64,000 bases of DNA, taken from NCBI GenBank assembly GCA_963737065.1, contig CAVTRC010000001.1, positions 352,001-416,000 of the forward strand. The letters run 5' to 3'. The stretch is from Candidatus Eremiobacteria bacterium (GTDB lineage: Bacteria; Vulcanimicrobiota; Vulcanimicrobiia; Vulcanimicrobiales; Vulcanimicrobiaceae). Each line of letters opens with the position of its first letter. The stretch's first letter is position 1. A model generated the notes under the pieces. The model searched no databases. It was not told the origin of the DNA and saw nothing but the letters and a program-made list of their open reading frames with translations. This document shows, piece by piece, positions 1 to 10,607 of this stretch. The position numbers and the translations under genes are program-made.

Positions 1-1
1 C

Positions 2-415
2 ATCGACTTTCGCGCGGCCGTCGTCGCGGCGATGAGCGGCGGCGTCGCGCCATGTCCCGCGGCAATCGTCGTCATGCTTGCGGCGCTGCGATTGCATCAA
101 ATCGGCTACGGCATCGTTCTCATCGTCATCTTCAGCCTCGGTCTTGCATGCGTCCTCACCGGAATCGGTATTGCGGTCGTTCATGGATCGGCGTGGATTG
201 GACGAAGCGGGCGGTTCGATCGGATGATCGCATACGGTCCGCTCGCTTCGGCCGTGCTCATTTCGCTCGTCGGTGCGGTGATGGTCGGTCAAGGATTCGT
301 CGCGGAGGGAATCCGAGCTCCCCTCGCGCTCCTCGTTGGAATTACCGTGCTGGCAATTGCCGGATACGCGCTCGCACCGCAACACACTCACGCGCACGCA
401 ATAGGTGAATCATGA
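2..415 (+). CDS. Nickel/cobalt transporter, RcnA/NicO-like (5' partial)
   Basis: Frame open from the window edge (IDFRAAVVAAMSGGVAPCPAA...); PCPAA motif, several TM segments, His-rich tail HTHAHA. Confidence 0.75.
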   Translation: MDFRAAVVAAMSGGVAPCPAAIVVMLAALRLHQIGYGIVLIVIFSLGLACVLTGIGIAVVHGSAWIGRSGRFDRMIAYGPLASAVLISLVGAVMVGQGFVAEGIRAPLALLVGITVLAIAGYALAPQHTHAHAIGES

Positions 416-1209
416 TCGGTACCACGGCATTTACCGTCTTCACGTTGGGCCTGCGACACGGCGCCGACCCCGACCATCTTGCCGCGATCGATAACATGAC
501 GAGAAACTCGATCGTACGCGCGCCGCGTCTTTCGCGTTTCATCGGTGCGCTTTTCGCGGGCGGCCATACGATTATGGTTCTCGCGATCGCAATGCTCGTC
601 GGCTTCTTAGGAACGCGTTTCGCCGCACATGGCGCAGCGATCGAAACAGCCGGAACGTGGATCTCAATCATCGTGCTTCTCGCCATCGCGGGCCTTAATC
701 TGCGGCAACTTCAACTCGGGCAGAACGATCGGGTTGCCGGACTGAAATCGCGACTGCTTCCGGCGAGTCTGCGTAATGCGACGTCGCCTCTCGTCGCGAT
801 TCCGGTCGGCTTGCTCTTCGGGTTCGGCTTTGAGACTTCGAGCCAAATCGCAACGTACGCGCTTGCGTTCGGTATTGACGCCGGCATGGCGGGCGCGCTG
901 GCCGTCGGTTCGACATTCTGTGCCGGCATGATCTGCACCGATACGCTCGATTCGCTCTTTGTCCACCGAATCGTCTCCTACCGCGCCGGTCAGTTACCTC
1001 GCGTAATGCGCGTGTGGATATGGTCGGTTACGATCTTTGCAATCGTCGTTGCGGCGTACGAGCTCGCGCAACTGCTCGGGTGGAAGCCGCCCTTCCCCGA
1101 CATTTCGGTGAGTGCGGTCCTCGTCACAGCGCTCGCGGCAGTCTTCGCATGGATCTTTTTCGCGACGCGCGCGGTCCGGCGCGTCGATCCGGTCCTGCAA
1201 CAGTATTAA
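412..1209 (+). CDS. HoxN/HupN/NixA (NiCoT) family Ni/Co permease
   Basis: Signature GLRHGADPDHLAAIDN, GH in TM3, LFGFGFETSSQ; ATGA overlap with the upstream gene. Confidence 0.9.
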   Translation: MIGTTAFTVFTLGLRHGADPDHLAAIDNMTRNSIVRAPRLSRFIGALFAGGHTIMVLAIAMLVGFLGTRFAAHGAAIETAGTWISIIVLLAIAGLNLRQLQLGQNDRVAGLKSRLLPASLRNATSPLVAIPVGLLFGFGFETSSQIATYALAFGIDAGMAGALAVGSTFCAGMICTDTLDSLFVHRIVSYRAGQLPRVMRVWIWSVTIFAIVVAAYELAQLLGWKPPFPDISVSAVLVTALAAVFAWIFFATRAVRRVDPVLQQY

Positions 1210-1339
1210 TTGTCTTCCTGCGCTAGTAATGGATGTCGTTGTCAGGTACGCGCGCCGTTAAACCGCCGATAGATGCGTGGAGGGACTGCGTGACGAAAGT
1301 GCGCACAACGTGTTTCACGTAGAAGCGTTGGAGAGCAAC

Positions 1340-1447
1340 ATGAACGACGACAACAAGAAACCGGCACCGCCGCAGCCCCCGCAACCAGACACGTGGTCTT
1401 CCGTCCCCCTGAAGCCGCAGACACAAAAACCGCAAAACGGCGATTAA
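1340..1447 (+). CDS. Putative 35-aa Pro/Gln-rich small protein
   Basis: GGAG 6 nt before ATG; MNDDNKKPAPPQPPQPDTWSSVPLKPQTQKPQNGD*; fits the intergenic gap without overlap. Confidence 0.4.
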   Translation: MNDDNKKPAPPQPPQPDTWSSVPLKPQTQKPQNGD

Positions 1448-1452
1448 TCTCG

Positions 1453-2124
1453 CTACTCGAACTCCCATAGCGCCGCGCGAGTCCACGCCCCACTGCAATC
1501 GCGCAATTTGATCGGCGCGCACACGAACAAGCGTCGCTTGCCGTCCATCACATCGTCGGGGAAATACAGCTCCTCGACGATGAATTTCCCGTTCCCGAGC
1601 ATAGCGCGATGCGAGGGGCCGGCTTTTGCCGGATCGTTGTATCCGCCGAAGCTGACCGCATCGATGCCGGCGCCCTTCGCGCCGGCTTTCACGATCGCTT
1701 CGGCCGCATCACCGCCGCAATAGACGTACTCCGTGAGAAACTCTTTCGTATTTGCGCGCTTGTGGCCCCAGCCGGTATTCAATAGCACGATGTCGTCGCG
1801 TTCGATGCGATCGAGATACGGCTCAACATCATCGGCCGTAATCGCAGAACCCGGCGACTTTCCACGCACGTCGACGATCGTTGCCCAGCCAACGTAGGCG
1901 TCCAACGCAACGCGGTCGATTGGTGTCCCATCTGAAAAAAAGTGAAACGGCGCATCGCAGTGCGTTCCGGTATGCGTGCTGATCTCGACGATCTCTTTAT
2001 TGACCGGCTCGACGCCCTGAATGTACATCCACCGCACTTCCGCCGGCCGCGGCGTCGTATCGGGATATTGCGGACAATTGCTGAAAACCGGCTGGCTAAT
2101 ATCGATAATTCGCGTGGGAATCAT
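1453..2124 (-). CDS. Cyclase family (kynurenine formamidase-like) metal-dependent hydrolase
   Basis: HTGTHCDAPFH motif, GIDA, downstream H and IVEEL. Confidence 0.9.
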   Translation of the reverse strand: MIPTRIIDISQPVFSNCPQYPDTTPRPAEVRWMYIQGVEPVNKEIVEISTHTGTHCDAPFHFFSDGTPIDRVALDAYVGWATIVDVRGKSPGSAITADDVEPYLDRIERDDIVLLNTGWGHKRANTKEFLTEYVYCGGDAAEAIVKAGAKGAGIDAVSFGGYNDPAKAGPSHRAMLGNGKFIVEELYFPDDVMDGKRRLFVCAPIKLRDCSGAWTRAALWEFE

Positions 2125-3038
2125 GCTTGAACGGTGCCGCGATGGATCTCGACAGTGTCACCCTGAGCCTGTCGAAGGGCCGCCTCGTCCCACATGCGCT
2201 CGAACGCCATGATATTGCGATCGATGACTTCGTCGAGATCGGCTCGCCACAGCGAGTCGGGCAGCGATTCCGACGAAAAGATTTCGACGACGTACGGCCG
2301 GTCGTAACCCGTTGCGCGAATCGCGCTGAGGAGCTCGACCGTCGGAATCGTCCCGTCGCCGAGGCATCGCCGGTCGGCGTTGCTGCGCGGCCGCCGCCAA
2401 TCACTCACTTGCACGAGAAAGATGCGCTTGCCGCACTCCCGGATGACGGCGCTCACGTTCGGCGTTTGAAAAATATTCCACGTGTCGCACGTCAGGCCCA
2501 GCGCCGGATGGTCGATGCGCTCGATCAGTTCGAGCCCGTCATCGAGTCCCCAAAGTGAGGTATCCGAATTGAACAAGATCGGATTGAGCGGCTCGAACGC
2601 AATGCGCATCCCGTGCGAGGCCGCCAGATCCGCCAGCCGCGCGAGCGCTTCCACTGCAAATCGATACACACGCTGGCAATTGCCGCCGGGCGCTGCGCCC
2701 GTAATGATGTTGAACGGCGTTCCTTCCGGAACGTGCGGCGCAATCCGTTCGATCGACGCCATGATGTGCGCGAGACGGTCACCGGGCTCCGTCGGTGCGG
2801 GGACGAGCGAATCGACGAAGAGCGAGTGCACCGTCGTCTGCACGGAGCTGACGCCGAGCCCTACTTCGCGGATGCGTTGTAACTGCGGCGCATAGTCGTC
2901 CCGATTGAGCTTGAACTCGCATACTTCGATATCGTCCACGCCGTGCGCCGCGTACCGCTCGATGTCGCGTTCGAACGACCAGGGCGTCGTCGTGAACTCA
3001 CTGATGCCGAAGCGATACGACGATGAGGAGTTTTTCAT
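2121..3038 (-). CDS. Sugar phosphate isomerase/epimerase (xylose isomerase-like TIM barrel)
   Basis: IAFEPLN, DTWN, GDGTIP, VVEIF motifs; start ATG 3038 overlaps the upstream stop (TGATG). Confidence 0.85.
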   Translation of the reverse strand: MKNSSSSYRFGISEFTTTPWSFERDIERYAAHGVDDIEVCEFKLNRDDYAPQLQRIREVGLGVSSVQTTVHSLFVDSLVPAPTEPGDRLAHIMASIERIAPHVPEGTPFNIITGAAPGGNCQRVYRFAVEALARLADLAASHGMRIAFEPLNPILFNSDTSLWGLDDGLELIERIDHPALGLTCDTWNIFQTPNVSAVIRECGKRIFLVQVSDWRRPRSNADRRCLGDGTIPTVELLSAIRATGYDRPYVVEIFSSESLPDSLWRADLDEVIDRNIMAFERMWDEAALRQAQGDTVEIHRGTVQA

Positions 3039-5407
3039 CAGATAGTGCGCCTCCGTAGTTCGACCACCGAAAAGCCACGCCGGTCGATCTGGACGGCGAA
3101 TCCTTTGTAGATTTCTTTGCTCGTGCGCGTCTCCTCGAGCCACTCGCCACGCATGCTCGTATACGTTCTCACGTCAAATGTCGCTTCCAAGTCTTTCGTA
3201 AATTTGATCGATGTCGAAACCGTGCGATCCGCGGTATTGCCGACGAAGAGTACCAGCTCGCCGTCGCGCTGCAGCAGGATCGCCGTAACGTCGTCGTTGA
3301 GCGCCTCGAGCAGTTCATCGGTCACGTCATCGTCGTACTGGTGATATTCGAGATCGCTGCGCACGCGAAACGTCGCGTACATCACTTCAGCCGGCGTACG
3401 GGCGATGAACCACGTCACGAACCCGCCGCGGAAACGCAACTTGCGCACGCCGAGCCAGCGCCAATCGGGTGCGAGCCGCGGATTACAACTCGGCTCCTCA
3501 ACGGAAAGATCCAGTCCCGCCGCGCCTTCGATGGCAGCCCACACGTATCGCGGCGGAAACCATGGCGAGAGCATCATGCCGCGATTCACCAGCGTCTCGC
3601 CATGGAGCCATTCGCTGAACTGACCCGGAACGGTGTTGTTTGCGCGCGGATCGCGCGAATAGTGCCGAAAACTCTCGCTCAATGCCGACGCCATAAAATC
3701 CGGATTGAATCGTGCGGCGGCAAACGCATACCAGAATGTAACGCCGACCCAGACGCCGCCGCGCAATCCGTATCCGCCGGACGGCGTGTACGTGATATCG
3801 TCACGCGGAACGGTCCGGATGCCGGCCTCGGTCCAGAACGGCTCGACGCTCAAACGCGTGATGATCTGCGCGGCGCGATCGCGGTCGGCAACGCCGAACA
3901 TCACGGGGAAAACCAAATCGCACGTCACGTCGGTGCGTTTTGTCCCATCGACGTCGATCGTCAGGTAGTACAATCCGGTTTCCGGATTGACAAGATGCTC
4001 GTTGATCGCCTTACGCAACGCCTGCGACTCACGCTTGAAGCGGTCGCTCTCTTCCGCCTTGCCGACTTCCCGCGCCATCTTCGCGACGGCGCCGAGCGCC
4101 GCGTAACATTCCGAATTCAGTTCGGTCACCGCGCCGCTGATGCGATAATTCTCGATGACATTCCGCCAGCCGGCGATGCCCCAATCGGCCGTTCCACGGG
4201 CCGTACAAAATACCAATCCTTCCTCGTTACGCTGTGTCAAAATGTATTCGGCAGCGCGTTTGCACGGCCGGTATGCGCGCTTCAAGAACTCGCGATCGCC
4301 CGTCGCGTTGAAGTGATGCCAAGCCGCAAGAATAATGAGCGGCGTGTCGTCGTTGATATTTAAATCGTAATCGGCCGTTTTGCCGTTGCGGATGTCGTAG
4401 TACTCGACCGCCATCCCTTTGCGCTCCATGTGATCGAGATACCAGAGCAGTGATTGGCGCGCGAAGTCGGGCGTAACGTAATCCGAGCCGAAGGCGAACC
4501 ACGCGGTGTCGCGCGCGACGCTGTTGTTCGAACGCGTCGGATCGTTGACGAAACACCAGCCGGTAGGCGAGAGCAGCTGCGTGCGCAGCATGTTGGCCTT
4601 CGCCCAGAGCACGCCGCGATTGACGTCGGCGTCGGGCGTCATCACGACCGCGCGGCTCAAGATCGAATGATAGCGTGCCCGCGTGCGGCGGCCGGCGTCG
4701 GTATGCGACGGCGCGCGGTCCAAGATGCGCCGAAGCCCCGCCGTACCGTTCGCCGATGCCGCGAGCGTAAACGTAATGGAAAATCGTTCGTCGGCTTGGA
4801 GCCGAAAACGGTGCTCCAAGAGCGCGATGTGTTCGTGTCCCGAACGATTTACTTTGCCGCTTAGCGGCCCCGGATAATCGACGCGGCTGCACTTGCCGTG
4901 GTCGTTCGTGACCTCCCAATGTCCCGGCCGAACGGAAGAAACGAACGCCCGCGCACAGTCTGGTTCGCTCGCATTGGTCGCCATAACCGCATGCCGGCGC
5001 TCGTCGTAACGTGCGCGCACGTCGTTCCCGAGCGATCCTCGCAGGTCGGCCGCCGCGATGGACGCCATGTCGATCGCTCGCCCGGACGAGTTTTCGAGCT
5101 GCACGTGGTAATACGCGATCGCCGGATCGGCGCTCTCGAGTTCCGGCAGCGTATTGAGCATGAAGACTCGCTCGCGCACCATTACGCCGTTGGTAAGTTC
5201 GTAGACATGCTCTTGCCGGTCGGGATGGATGATGTACTGACCGGGCAGTTTTCCGAGTGACACGTTCGTGACGGGATTCCAATAGTAGATCTGCATCCCG
5301 CCGATGACGATGTGTCCCGTATCTATCGAGAAAAACCGGTCGATGGAGCCGTCGGCTTTGAGAATGATCGCGCCCTTCGGTGCGCCGAGCGTGCTCCCGG
5401 CCGCCAT
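3038..5407 (-). CDS. Six-hairpin glycoside hydrolase (amylo-alpha-1,6-glucosidase/GDE-like)
   Basis: ARDTAW, DDTPL, ELNSECYAAL, GIRT, GGVW motifs; GAGG before ATG 5407 (alternative GTG at 5470). Confidence 0.8.
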   Translation of the reverse strand: MAAGSTLGAPKGAIILKADGSIDRFFSIDTGHIVIGGMQIYYWNPVTNVSLGKLPGQYIIHPDRQEHVYELTNGVMVRERVFMLNTLPELESADPAIAYYHVQLENSSGRAIDMASIAAADLRGSLGNDVRARYDERRHAVMATNASEPDCARAFVSSVRPGHWEVTNDHGKCSRVDYPGPLSGKVNRSGHEHIALLEHRFRLQADERFSITFTLAASANGTAGLRRILDRAPSHTDAGRRTRARYHSILSRAVVMTPDADVNRGVLWAKANMLRTQLLSPTGWCFVNDPTRSNNSVARDTAWFAFGSDYVTPDFARQSLLWYLDHMERKGMAVEYYDIRNGKTADYDLNINDDTPLIILAAWHHFNATGDREFLKRAYRPCKRAAEYILTQRNEEGLVFCTARGTADWGIAGWRNVIENYRISGAVTELNSECYAALGAVAKMAREVGKAEESDRFKRESQALRKAINEHLVNPETGLYYLTIDVDGTKRTDVTCDLVFPVMFGVADRDRAAQIITRLSVEPFWTEAGIRTVPRDDITYTPSGGYGLRGGVWVGVTFWYAFAAARFNPDFMASALSESFRHYSRDPRANNTVPGQFSEWLHGETLVNRGMMLSPWFPPRYVWAAIEGAAGLDLSVEEPSCNPRLAPDWRWLGVRKLRFRGGFVTWFIARTPAEVMYATFRVRSDLEYHQYDDDVTDELLEALNDDVTAILLQRDGELVLFVGNTADRTVSTSIKFTKDLEATFDVRTYTSMRGEWLEETRTSKEIYKGFAVQIDRRGFSVVELRRRTI

Positions 5408-5466
5408 CTGCGTATCCTCGACTTCGTACGTCGAAATGCGTTCGCCCGAACCGGTGACTTTTGCGA

Positions 5467-6234
5467 TCACAGGCTGCCCGACTTCTTCGTCATGCCGCCG
5501 TCGATGATGAACGATGCACCCGTCACGTAGGACGCTTCTTCCGACGCCAGATACACGCACATCCCCGCAATTTCGTCGGGCTTTGCCATACGATGTAACG
5601 GAATCTCGTTCAACAGCGCATCATACTTCTTTTCATTGGTCTTCAGTTTCGCGTCCATCGGCGTATCGACGGCGCCCGGACAAACGTTGTTCACCGTAAT
5701 CCCGTACTGCGCGAGTTCGACGGCGATCGTCCGCATCAACATGCGCAGCCCGCCTTTCGCGGCACAGTACGGCGCGTTGGTGGGCATCGTCAGTTCTTCG
5801 TGCACCGAGCTGATGTTGATGATCCGCCCGCCCGACTGCTGGCGCACCATCTGCTTCGCTGCGGACTGCGAACAGAGCCACGGGCCGGTCAAGTCGACGT
5901 CGATGACCTTACGATACGTGTCGAACGGCATCTCGAGGAACGGATGCTTTTGCTCGATTCCGGCATTGTTCACGAGGATGTCGAGCTGCCCGAAGTGCTT
6001 CGCCGCTTCCTTGACGATCTTCTCGACGTCATCCGGTTGCGTGACATTCGCCTCAACGGCGTGCGCGCGACCGCCGAAATTCTCGATTTCGTCGATCAAC
6101 GCATCAGCCGTCGTGCGATCGCCGAGATAGTCGACGACGACGCGCGCGCCTTCCCGCGCCATCATGGTGGAAATCGCTTTCCCAATCCCCGTATCGCCGC
6201 CGGTAACGATAGCTACCTTATCGTGCAGTCGCAT
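5467..6234 (-). CDS. SDR oxidoreductase, glucose 1-dehydrogenase-like
   Basis: TGGDTGIG, NNAG, SSVHE, YCAAK. Confidence 0.9.
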   Translation of the reverse strand: MRLHDKVAIVTGGDTGIGKAISTMMAREGARVVVDYLGDRTTADALIDEIENFGGRAHAVEANVTQPDDVEKIVKEAAKHFGQLDILVNNAGIEQKHPFLEMPFDTYRKVIDVDLTGPWLCSQSAAKQMVRQQSGGRIINISSVHEELTMPTNAPYCAAKGGLRMLMRTIAVELAQYGITVNNVCPGAVDTPMDAKLKTNEKKYDALLNEIPLHRMAKPDEIAGMCVYLASEEASYVTGASFIIDGGMTKKSGSL

Positions 6235-7511
6235 CACTGTGTCATCCTGACCGGGTCGAAGGAACGCAACGCGTCATCTGCGCGTCCGAATGCGACCGCG
6301 AGCGTCCAATCCAACGCAACGCGCGTCTTCCGAGAGAACCCCGGTAACCGTCCCAAGTAATACGTCCGCCACAGCACCCACGCGGGTAATCCGGTCAGCG
6401 TCACGCCGCCCGGCAAGTCCGCGAGTGCACGCCGATTTCCAAGCGACGCCATCTGCCCCTTCGTTTTGTATCGAAACGGTTTCGTCTGTTTTCCCTGCAA
6501 TCGCCGAAGCACATTACGCGCGAGCAACGGTCCTTCACGCGTCGCATTCTGCGCAAGCGGCGCGTACGTTCCGCCGCTCTTCTTCGGAATCGCGGCGCAA
6601 TCGCCGATCGCCCAAAGATGCGCATGTCCCTCGACGGAAAAATCGCGCGACGTCTCGACCGCCCCGTGTCGCGAGACCTTGAGCCCCAACCGCTCCACGA
6701 TCGGTGCCGGCTTCGTCCCGGCAGCCCACACGATGGTGCGACTCTCATATCTGTCGCCGTTTTTCAACGTCACGCCGGCCGGATCGACCGCGGAGACATC
6801 CGTGCCGACGCGAATCTCCACGCCACGGTCGTGCAGCACGCGCGCCGCGTACTTTCCGAAGCGTTCCGGCAGATGCGGGAGCAAACGCTTTTCGCCTTGC
6901 ACGACAACGACGCTCGGCACGTGTTGCCGCAACGAAGCATAGTAACGCAAGAGCGACCGCAAGAACGCGCTCAACTCGCCTGCCGCTTCGACCCCGGTGA
7001 ACCCGCCGCCGACGATGACGAAGCGCAGCAATCGGTCGCGCTCCGACAGATCGTTGCTTTGCGACGCGACCTCAACCGCCGCAATGACGCTGCTGCGCAA
7101 CCGTTCGGCATCGCGAAGGGTACGCAACGGCAACGTACACCGGTCGACACCATCGATTCCCATCGTTGATCGAGTCGATCCGAGCGCGAGCACGAGTTCA
7201 TCGTATTCGAGCGTCTTCGACTCATTCGTCAACGGATGGCGCAGCGTAACCAACCGTCGTTCCTCGTCGACGCTCAACACCTCGCCGAGTTCGAATCGTA
7301 CGTGACGGAGCTGCTCGCGAAAGGGCTGCGTGATGTGCTGCGCCTCAACGCTTCCCGTGGCCGCTTCCGGCAACATCGGCGTGAACAACATATAGTTGTT
7401 GCGATCCACAAGCACGATCTCGAGACCGCGCACGCGCTTACACCGGCGCTCGAATTCCCGCGCCGCGGAAAACCCGGCAAATCCGCCGCCAAGAATTACG
7501 ATCCGCGGCAT
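6234..7511 (-). CDS. NAD(P)/FAD oxidoreductase, type II NADH dehydrogenase-like
   Basis: Two Rossmann motifs (ILGGGFAG, IVGGGFTGVE), FTPML, WAIGD. Confidence 0.88.
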   Translation of the reverse strand: MPRIVILGGGFAGFSAAREFERRCKRVRGLEIVLVDRNNYMLFTPMLPEAATGSVEAQHITQPFREQLRHVRFELGEVLSVDEERRLVTLRHPLTNESKTLEYDELVLALGSTRSTMGIDGVDRCTLPLRTLRDAERLRSSVIAAVEVASQSNDLSERDRLLRFVIVGGGFTGVEAAGELSAFLRSLLRYYASLRQHVPSVVVVQGEKRLLPHLPERFGKYAARVLHDRGVEIRVGTDVSAVDPAGVTLKNGDRYESRTIVWAAGTKPAPIVERLGLKVSRHGAVETSRDFSVEGHAHLWAIGDCAAIPKKSGGTYAPLAQNATREGPLLARNVLRRLQGKQTKPFRYKTKGQMASLGNRRALADLPGGVTLTGLPAWVLWRTYYLGRLPGFSRKTRVALDWTLAVAFGRADDALRSFDPVRMTQ

Positions 7512-10500
7512 CAGCGTCGCCTCCGTAACACGGCAGCACTTGCAATCGCCGCTACGCAAACGGCCGCAACGCCGAGTGCACCGAACAACCGATACTGCTT
7601 CGCTTGCGCACGCGGGTCCGCCATATACGCGCGCTCGGGATACGCCGGCGCGTCGTGCGCGGAGCCGTTCGTAGGAGAATCGCGGCGATCGATTGCCATT
7701 TTCAGGAGTTGCGCGGGATGCAACGCCAACCGGTCCGTCATCTGCGCGATTTGCTCGCGGCAGCTAAACCCGTCGGCCACGATGATCGTCTCGGCGTCCG
7801 CACCGCGCACCGCCGGCAGCAGGCGGCGTTCGCCGACCGCGACCGAGACGTCGTAGTGCCCTTCTTCAAAACCGAAGGCGCCGGCCATTCCACAGCATCC
7901 GTCATCGGGCGCCGTGTAGTTAACGCCGGTCTTATCAAAGAGCGCCCGTTCGGCAGCGGAATTCAAGATCGCCTTATGGTGACAGTGCTGGTGCACGATC
8001 GCGACGCCGTCAAGCTTCGGCGGCTTATACTCCGGCGCGTGTTTCGTCAAGAAGTCCGAGAACAAAAACGTCTGCGCCGCAAGCCGTCCCGCATCGATAT
8101 CGTCGCCGAGCAAGTCGCACATTTCGTCGCGGAACACCGACACGCAACTCGGTTCTAAGCCAACGACCATCGTGCCCGCACGAATCTCGTCGCGCAATTC
8201 GTCGAGAATGTCGTGCAGCATCGCCTTCGCACGATCGAGCATCCCGTAATCGTAGAACGGCCGCCCGCAACAGAGAACCTTTTGCGGTATCGTCACGTGG
8301 AATCCGGCATCTTCCAGCACTTCGACCGCCGCAATCGCCGTCGACGGATGGAAGTGATCGTTCCAGGTATCCGGCCACAGAATAACGCGCGTCTTTCCAA
8401 CGTTCCGCGGCTGATGCGACGCGAACCACGCGCGAAACGTTTGCGTCGCAAAGGGCGGAATGCGGCGCCGCGCATCCATTCGCGCGGCCCACTTCGCGAT
8501 TCGATTGAGCCCCGGAGCCTGCGCAAGCGCATTCGCAATCCATGGGATAAGCGCCGCAATGCGAGCCCAGTACATCATCAACCCGAACGCATACGCATTG
8601 CGCGGCCGCGGCGTGCCTTCGTAATAGTGCGAAAGAAACTCCGCCTTATATGTCGCCATGTCGACGTTGACCGGACACTCTTCCTTGCACCCTTTACAGG
8701 CGAGACACAGATCGAGCGCCTCTTTAACGGCGTCGTTCTTCCACGTGCGCTTCAGCGGATCGCCGCGGAGCATTTCAAAGAGCAGCCGCGCTCGCCCGCG
8801 CGTCGCATATTTCTCGTCGAGCGTCGCCATGTAGCTCGGGCACATCGTGCCGCTATCGTGCTTGCGGCACTTTCCGGTGCCGACGCAACGATTCGCCGCA
8901 TACGCGAAGCTGCCGTTATCACGCTTCAGATGAAAGTGCGTCGACGGATTCCACGGCTCGTACGACGTGCCCCAGCGCAGATCGGCGTCGAGCTTGTTCG
9001 GATGGACGACCTTTCCGGGATTCATCTTGTCCTGCGGATCCCAGATCATCTTGAATTCCCAAAACGCCTGGCACAACGCATCGCCGTACATGATCGGCAG
9101 CAACTCGCCGCGCGCCTGACCGTCGCCATGCTCGCCGGAGAGCGAACCGTTGTATTTCACGCACAAGTGCGCGGCGCGGGTAACGAACTCGCGATAGCGC
9201 CGGATACCCTCCGCGGTGAAGAGATCGAAGTTGATGCTGCAGTGCAAGCATCCTTGCCCGAAGTGGCCGTAGAGCGACGCCTTGTAGCCGAACTCATTCA
9301 TCAGCGGCTGGAAATCGCGCAAGTAGTCGCCGAGATCTTTGGGGTCGACGGCAGAGTCTTCCCACCCGGGATAAAAGTCCGGCTCGTTCGGAATCTTCGA
9401 CGTCGAGCCCAAGCCCGCGTCGCGTAACGACCACAACTCCGCTTGTTGTCCGCGGTCTTTGATCAACCGGTACGTCGGCGCATCTTGGCGCGACTCGAAG
9501 TCTTTGGCAAGCGCGTTCGCCTTCGCATCCGCGTCGTCGGCATTTTCGGCGCCGAACTCGACGATCAGCCACGCGTTTCCGTCCGGAAACATACTGCGTT
9601 GCTTCGTCGACATGCCCTTGTCTTGCATGTACATGAACATGCTCTCATCGAGTCCTTCGAGCGCAATCGGCCCGTGTTCATTGCAGAACGGAACGTGATC
9701 CGCGGCCGTAGCAATGTCTTTGAACCCGAAGAGCGCAAGCGAACGATGCGGGGGACTATGCACCAGGCGCACCGTCGCCTCGGTGATCGTCACGCACGTC
9801 CCTTCGGACCCGACGAGCGCGCGCGCAACGTTGAATCCGTTCTCCGGCAAGAGCTGATCGATCGCGAAGCCGGACACGCGCCGTGGAATCTTCGGAAATT
9901 TCTCCCGGATGAGATCGGCATACCGGTCGCGCAAGTCACGCAACTTCGAGTAAATTTCACCCTTGCGGCCGCCTTCGGAAATGATGCGCTCGAGTTCTTC
10001 ATCGCTCGTCGGCCCGACGCGCATGCGAAGCCCGTCGTACGTGATGATCTCAAGCTCCTCGGTGTTCTCTTCCGATTTGCCGGCCATTTGCGCGTGCATG
10101 CCGCACGAATTGTTGCCGAGCATACCACCGAACGTGTTGCGGTCGTGCGTCGCGGGATCCGGTCCCCACGTTAAATGACGCTCTTCGGCGGCATGGCGCA
10201 AGTCGTCGTTCACGAGGCCGGGCTGCACGCGTGCGCGCTTACGATCCCATTCGATCTCCAAAATGCTGTTCATGTACTTGCTGAAGTCGATGACGACCGC
10301 AACGTTGCACGTCTCGCCGGCGAGGCTCGTACCGCCGCCGCGCGCGACGATCGGCGCGCCGAATTCGCGGCATACGCGCAGCGTCGCCTCGACATCTTGC
10401 GTATCGCGCGGAATGACCACGCCGAGCGGTACTTGCCGGTAGTTGGATGCGTCGGTCGAATACATCGCCCGCGATCCACGATCGAATCGGACGTCGCCGT

Positions 10501-10594
10501 GCACCGCGTCGAGCAGTGCCTTTTCGAGCGCGTCCAAATCGACCTCGACACTCGACCGCTCAACGGTCTCTTTCGTGCCGAGAACTTTGATCAT
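7511..10594 (-). CDS. FAD-binding and Fe-S domain oxidoreductase (GlcD/GlcF-like fusion, D-2-hydroxyacid dehydrogenase type)
   Basis: RGGGTSLAG, GEHGDG, CVGTGKC, CLACKGCKEECP, two CCG motifs. Confidence 0.92.
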   Translation of the reverse strand: MIKVLGTKETVERSSVEVDLDALEKALLDAVHGDVRFDRGSRAMYSTDASNYRQVPLGVVIPRDTQDVEATLRVCREFGAPIVARGGGTSLAGETCNVAVVIDFSKYMNSILEIEWDRKRARVQPGLVNDDLRHAAEERHLTWGPDPATHDRNTFGGMLGNNSCGMHAQMAGKSEENTEELEIITYDGLRMRVGPTSDEELERIISEGGRKGEIYSKLRDLRDRYADLIREKFPKIPRRVSGFAIDQLLPENGFNVARALVGSEGTCVTITEATVRLVHSPPHRSLALFGFKDIATAADHVPFCNEHGPIALEGLDESMFMYMQDKGMSTKQRSMFPDGNAWLIVEFGAENADDADAKANALAKDFESRQDAPTYRLIKDRGQQAELWSLRDAGLGSTSKIPNEPDFYPGWEDSAVDPKDLGDYLRDFQPLMNEFGYKASLYGHFGQGCLHCSINFDLFTAEGIRRYREFVTRAAHLCVKYNGSLSGEHGDGQARGELLPIMYGDALCQAFWEFKMIWDPQDKMNPGKVVHPNKLDADLRWGTSYEPWNPSTHFHLKRDNGSFAYAANRCVGTGKCRKHDSGTMCPSYMATLDEKYATRGRARLLFEMLRGDPLKRTWKNDAVKEALDLCLACKGCKEECPVNVDMATYKAEFLSHYYEGTPRPRNAYAFGLMMYWARIAALIPWIANALAQAPGLNRIAKWAARMDARRRIPPFATQTFRAWFASHQPRNVGKTRVILWPDTWNDHFHPSTAIAAVEVLEDAGFHVTIPQKVLCCGRPFYDYGMLDRAKAMLHDILDELRDEIRAGTMVVGLEPSCVSVFRDEMCDLLGDDIDAGRLAAQTFLFSDFLTKHAPEYKPPKLDGVAIVHQHCHHKAILNSAAERALFDKTGVNYTAPDDGCCGMAGAFGFEEGHYDVSVAVGERRLLPAVRGADAETIIVADGFSCREQIAQMTDRLALHPAQLLKMAIDRRDSPTNGSAHDAPAYPERAYMADPRAQAKQYRLFGALGVAAVCVAAIASAAVLRRRR

Positions 10595-10607
10595 TGCTAG
10601 CCTTTCT

